Virus record (IMG/VR): IMGVR_UViG_3300048503_000032
Coordinates: 42,773 to 106,772 of that record
Origin: a virus
Lineage: Duplodnaviria > Caudoviricetes
Strand: one strand, 5' to 3'
DNA length: 64,000 nt
Of the stretch, positions 60,080-64,000 are shown one piece after another. The notes under the pieces were generated by a model. It saw only the letters and a program-made list of their open reading frames with translations, did not search any database and was not told the origin of the DNA. The position numbers were made by a program, and so were the translations under genes. The stretch's first letter is position 1, and every line of letters begins with the position of its first letter.

Positions 60080-61075
60080 ATGAAGAGGATTCTGATAACA
60101 GGCGGCGCTGGCTTTGTGGGACATCATTTGGTCGAACATCTGCTTAAGAATACGGACTGGCAGGTTGTGGTGATCGACCGCCTGAACTACGCGTCAGGCG
60201 GATTTGATCGTCTGCGCGACATCAATGCGTTCGATGACAAGCGGGTGACGACTTTGTCGGCTCCGGTGGATCGGCCAATCGCTGAGGGCTTGGAGCAGGA
60301 GATCGGTCAGGTGGACTATATCGTACATCTGGCGGCTGAGTCGCATGTGGACAGGTCGATTGTGAATCCGCTTCCGTTTGTCGAGTCGAATGTGCTTGGT
60401 ACATTCTATGTGCTGGAGTTTGCACGTAGACAGAAAGCGCTCGACAAGATGATCATGTTTTCGACGGACGAGGTGTACGGGCCGGCTCCGGATGGGGTGT
60501 TTTATACTGAGCTGGATCGTCACTCTCCAGCGAACCCGTACGCTGCCAGCAAGAGCGCATCCGAGATGCTGTGCTTGGCGTGGGCCAACACTTACAAGTT
60601 GCAGGTGATCATTACCAATACCATGAATGTGTACGGTGAACGGCAACACCCTGAGAAGTTCGTTCCTTCGACTGTCAGGAAGCTGGTGGATGGAGAACGT
60701 GTGATAATCCACGGGACTCAGGATCTCCGGCGTGCGGGGAGTCGTTTCTATATCCATGCGCGCAACGTGGCGGATGCTGTGGTGTTCCTGCTGCTCAGGG
60801 ACACGCCAGCGCGTGAAGCATGGAATATCGTAGGCGAGCGCGAGGTGGATAATCTGACGCTTGCTCAGACGATTGCGGACATTCTCGGTCGCAAGCTGCA
60901 TTATGAGATTGTGGATTTTCATTCGCAGCGGCCTGGACATGACTTACGGTACGCTCTTGACGGTACGAAGATGGCCCAGGCTGGTTGGAAACCACCAGTG
61001 AATTTTGAGGAGAGCTTGTGTCGGACTGTGACTTGGATGGTCACGAATCAGCACAAGAAGTGGCTTTGGTTCTAG
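60080..61075 (+). CDS. rfbB: dTDP-glucose 4,6-dehydratase-like NAD-dependent enzyme
   Basis: ITGGAGFVG, HLAAESHVDRSI, STDEVYG, PYAASK, RPGHDLRYA. Confidence 0.92.
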   Translation: MKRILITGGAGFVGHHLVEHLLKNTDWQVVVIDRLNYASGGFDRLRDINAFDDKRVTTLSAPVDRPIAEGLEQEIGQVDYIVHLAAESHVDRSIVNPLPFVESNVLGTFYVLEFARRQKALDKMIMFSTDEVYGPAPDGVFYTELDRHSPANPYAASKSASEMLCLAWANTYKLQVIITNTMNVYGERQHPEKFVPSTVRKLVDGERVIIHGTQDLRRAGSRFYIHARNVADAVVFLLLRDTPAREAWNIVGEREVDNLTLAQTIADILGRKLHYEIVDFHSQRPGHDLRYALDGTKMAQAGWKPPVNFEESLCRTVTWMVTNQHKKWLWF

Positions 61076-61196
61076 GATTTCTTCGGAGCAGGCTTTGGGC
61101 GCACGGCTGCGGAGGCGCTAAGGTTCTTGATAATCCGTCGCTGGCTCCAGAAGCTCATGATCTAGACATAACATGATGCGACGCTGATCGCAAGGG

Positions 61197-62006
61197 TTGT
61201 ATGTGAATATTTGGATCGTTTGCACGAGCAGCATGAATTGGAGGCCAGCCCTGTGGGGTATCTTTGGCGGCAAGTACAAAATCCGGTATCAGCTGGCTGA
61301 GTACATCAACAGTCTCTCGCCGCGGGTGTACCTCGAGGCATTCTGTGGGTACGCATGGGTGGGGGAGCGGGTGCGATGTCCACAGCGTCATTTCTCGGAC
61401 TTGAATGAGAATGTAGTGATGATGTGGCAGGCTCTACTGAAGGGGTGGCAACCTCCGACCGCAGTCTCAGAGGAAGAGTATGTCGTGTTGAAGAATGAGA
61501 CCAAGGCATCGGCTCTGCGCGGCTTTGTAGGCACGACTTGTGCGTTCGGCGGCGGTTTCTTCAACACATATGCTCGGGATAAAAAGGACAAGGATAAAAA
61601 CTTCGCAGCGGCGGGAGCCAGACAGATGTTGCGCCGGGTACATGGTCTGCGCGGATCTATCTTCACGTTCAGGGACTATCGGACTGCGCTGGATTCGGTG
61701 GATGCGGATGTGGTGTACCTCGATCCGCCGTATAGGGGTACAAGTGAGTATGTGGGGGTAGAGGCTTTCGATAGTGATTTGTTTTGGAACGAAATTAGGA
61801 AGCGGTCGGACGGCAGCAGGCGCATTCTCGTTTCAGAATATCAGGCTCCGTCAGACTTCACGGTTGTGATGACGACGTATTCGCGTATGGGGCTGAGTAC
61901 CAAGGCTGAGGTTGGATTACAGAAGGAACTGCGCGAGGAGCGGGTATTCGAGTATCAGCCGCCGAAGGGCCGACGGATGGTCAGCTTCGCGTCGCTGTTG
62001 GATTGA
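61197..62006 (+). CDS. D12-class DNA adenine methyltransferase (start uncertain)
   Basis: GGKY, YLEAFCG, VYLDPPY. Confidence 0.88.
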   Translation: MYVNIWIVCTSSMNWRPALWGIFGGKYKIRYQLAEYINSLSPRVYLEAFCGYAWVGERVRCPQRHFSDLNENVVMMWQALLKGWQPPTAVSEEEYVVLKNETKASALRGFVGTTCAFGGGFFNTYARDKKDKDKNFAAAGARQMLRRVHGLRGSIFTFRDYRTALDSVDADVVYLDPPYRGTSEYVGVEAFDSDLFWNEIRKRSDGSRRILVSEYQAPSDFTVVMTTYSRMGLSTKAEVGLQKELREERVFEYQPPKGRRMVSFASLLD

Positions 62007-62208
62007 GGTTATCGATGGGCTGGTGGAAGAGACGGTATGAGCGAGTGTCGGATGAGAAGCACGATCAGATCGAGGTCGCGTCATCGTGCGTTATATTCAT
62101 GGCGTATTATCTGCTGTACTTGGCTATGTTCGGGGCGATGACGATTTCAGTGGAGATTACAAATCAAGACGGCAGTAAGCACACGGCTCGTTTCAATGGG
62201 TGGATGTG

Positions 62209-63312
62209 ATGGCTGGTGCTTATTACAACGAATTCGATCCGTTTGCTGCTGAGTGGATACGCCAGCTCATTAAGAAAAAGTTGATTGCGGATGGAGACGT
62301 AGATGACAGAAGCATTAAGGAAGTCTCGGCAGCGGATCTCAGAGGATACCGACAGTGTCACTTTTTCGCCGGTATCGGGGTTTGGCAGTTCGCACTTCGC
62401 GGAGCTGGATGGAGCGACACTAGAGAAGTCTGGACAGGCAGTTGTCCCTGTCAAAGTTTTTCACACGCAGGCCAGCGTAAAGGCTTCGAAGACTCAAGGA
62501 ACCTCTGGCCGGAGTGGATACGACTCATCAGAGAGTGTGCGCCTCCAGTCCTCTTTGGAGAGCAGGTTAGTGCAGCGGTTAAGCACGGCTGGCTCGACAT
62601 TGTTCAGACTGATTTGGAAACAGAGGGCTACGCCGTCGGGAAGGCGGTACTTGGAGCGTGCAGCGTTGGAGCCCCTCACATCAGACAGCGGCTTTACTTC
62701 GTGGCCAAGTCCGAGAGCGCAGGAACCCGGCAAGACGAGCGAAGGGTACGGACTGGGGTTGAATCCAGCGGCGCAGTTGACGGCTTGGCCTACTCCAAAA
62801 ACCAGCGATTGTTCGGGCGGCGGACAGGCGAAGCGTTCGATGGAACGAAGCAATCTAAACGACTACGCGATGCTGGCGAGCTGGCCAACACCACGCGCTC
62901 AGAACAACAGAAAAACTCAGCTGAGAAAGGACGTAGTCGGAGGGCACAAGTCCAATCTGGAGGAGGTCGTGTGCCTGGTCGGATGGACAACGCCAACGGC
63001 TCGGGATTGGAAGGACACGCCGGGGATGGCGACGACAGGAATCAATCCGGATGGTTCGGTGAGGAATCGGTTGGATCGCTTGGCTCCGCAGGCTCTGCTC
63101 ACCAGAACAGATTTCCCGGCCCGACTAACGGCTTCTGGAGAGATGTTGACTGGCTCAGCTGCACGGATGGAAAGTGGAGGCCAGTTGAACCCGGCACATT
63201 CCCGTTGGTTGCAAGGGCTACCTCCAGAATGGGACGTTTGCGCGGGTTTGGTAATGCTCTCAACGCGGAAACAGCCAAAGCATTCATAGCAGCTTGCATG
63301 GAGATTCTCTGA
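62209..63312 (+). CDS. C5 cytosine methyltransferase, alpha polypeptide
   Basis: FFAGIG, GSCPCQSFS, GEQV, PHIRQR, motif X RLRGFGNA. Confidence 0.9.
   Translation: MAGAYYNEFDPFAAEWIRQLIKKKLIADGDVDDRSIKEVSAADLRGYRQCHFFAGIGVWQFALRGAGWSDTREVWTGSCPCQSFSHAGQRKGFEDSRNLWPEWIRLIRECAPPVLFGEQVSAAVKHGWLDIVQTDLETEGYAVGKAVLGACSVGAPHIRQRLYFVAKSESAGTRQDERRVRTGVESSGAVDGLAYSKNQRLFGRRTGEAFDGTKQSKRLRDAGELANTTRSEQQKNSAEKGRSRRAQVQSGGGRVPGRMDNANGSGLEGHAGDGDDRNQSGWFGEESVGSLGSAGSAHQNRFPGPTNGFWRDVDWLSCTDGKWRPVEPGTFPLVARATSRMGRLRGFGNALNAETAKAFIAACMEIL
62303..63289 (+). CDS. Overlapping alternative-frame ORF: methyltransferase beta polypeptide (start uncertain)
   Basis: SWPSP/AWPTP/SWPTP/GWTTP repeats and motif IX-like QLNPAHSRWLQGLP. 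Confidence 0.75.
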   Translation: MTEALRKSRQRISEDTDSVTFSPVSGFGSSHFAELDGATLEKSGQAVVPVKVFHTQASVKASKTQGTSGRSGYDSSESVRLQSSLESRLVQRLSTAGSTLFRLIWKQRATPSGRRYLERAALEPLTSDSGFTSWPSPRAQEPGKTSEGYGLGLNPAAQLTAWPTPKTSDCSGGGQAKRSMERSNLNDYAMLASWPTPRAQNNRKTQLRKDVVGGHKSNLEEVVCLVGWTTPTARDWKDTPGMATTGINPDGSVRNRLDRLAPQALLTRTDFPARLTASGEMLTGSAARMESGGQLNPAHSRWLQGLPPEWDVCAGLVMLSTRKQPKHS

Positions 63313-64000
63313 TGGCGTTCGATGAGCTGGCGCAGGTTAGGACGACGAAAAAGAACGCCAAGCTCGGGGAGCGTGGATGCGATGCATGCCCGTTGAATAA
63401 GGTGAAGGGCGTTCACAAGATTATGGGCGAGCTGGCGGGTAAGGATATTCTCGTTATCGGTCAGTCGCCGGGGTTTGAAGAGAACGATGCGCAGGAAGCG
63501 TTCGTCGGCAAGTCGGGGAAGTTTCTCTGGCAGGAGTTGCGGGCGGTAGGCATACGCCGCAGCGATTGCGATGGGTTCAATGTTGTGCAGTGCTTCCCGT
63601 CAGATCTACAGGAGAGTTCGTATCGGTCGTTTCTGAAGATGCGAAATCCGACAGCGAAGGAAATTCATTGTTGCTCAGTTCACACTGAGATTGAGATGGG
63701 ACAGTCGAAGGCAAAGCACATCCTGGTGCTTGGTCAGGTTGCGCAGAAGGCTTTCCTTGAGACGCGGTCGGTGCCGGCCCAGAAGATATTCTGGAGTGAG
63801 AAGCATCAAGCGAAAATCTATCTTGCAGATCACCCGTCGTATTTCGCTAGTGGCTATGGCACTGGCGCGCGTCTTGAATCGTTCAAGGGTCTGCTGAAGC
63901 AGCTTGCCGTGGATTGGAAGAACGAAGACGTAGAAGCGGCAGATAATTTTGCGTATCTGCGCAGGATGGACTATCGCCTTGTGTCGACGAAGAAGCAGGC
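63312..64000 (+). CDS. Uracil-DNA glycosylase family 4-like domain, probably the N-terminus of a family A DNA polymerase (3' partial)
   Basis: CDACPL, VIGQSPG..E....AFVGKSG, NVVQCFP, HPS; reads on past the domain to window end. Confidence 0.8.
   Translation, partial: MAFDELAQVRTTKKNAKLGERGCDACPLNKVKGVHKIMGELAGKDILVIGQSPGFEENDAQEAFVGKSGKFLWQELRAVGIRRSDCDGFNVVQCFPSDLQESSYRSFLKMRNPTAKEIHCCSVHTEIEMGQSKAKHILVLGQVAQKAFLETRSVPAQKIFWSEKHQAKIYLADHPSYFASGYGTGARLESFKGLLKQLAVDWKNEDVEAADNFAYLRRMDYRLVSTKKQ

Overview
64-kb segment of a large tailed dsDNA phage (siphovirus-like); essentially all credible genes are on the + strand. Order: terminase 3' end; ~7.5 kb of small early-type genes; intein-containing portal, protease/scaffold and major capsid; two giant multi-enzyme (polyvalent) proteins; neck and tail genes with a -1 frameshift chaperone, tape measure and Hint-tipped tail protein; replication genes; a sigma-like/histone-like gene; a 5.4-kb array of 36 intact tRNAs covering all 20 amino acids, plus 3 HNH genes and 3 aberrant tRNA-like elements; then clamp, RmlB-like enzyme, two DNA methyltransferases and a UDG-like domain. 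Main discovery: the tRNA array is divided into three blocks, each preceded by a short leader-peptide ORF plus mutually exclusive antiterminator/terminator hairpins. The codons of each leader match the anticodons of the tRNAs directly downstream (8/9, 13/13, 13/13). This looks like a ribosome-stalling attenuation system that senses loss of specific tRNAs and switches on the matching replacement block. Second candidate system: head-associated polyproteins whose effector domains are separated by a hydrophobic-x-Ala site followed by GGPGSG or RDxxGKW/F tags. All calls are by eye; no searches or folding programs were run.
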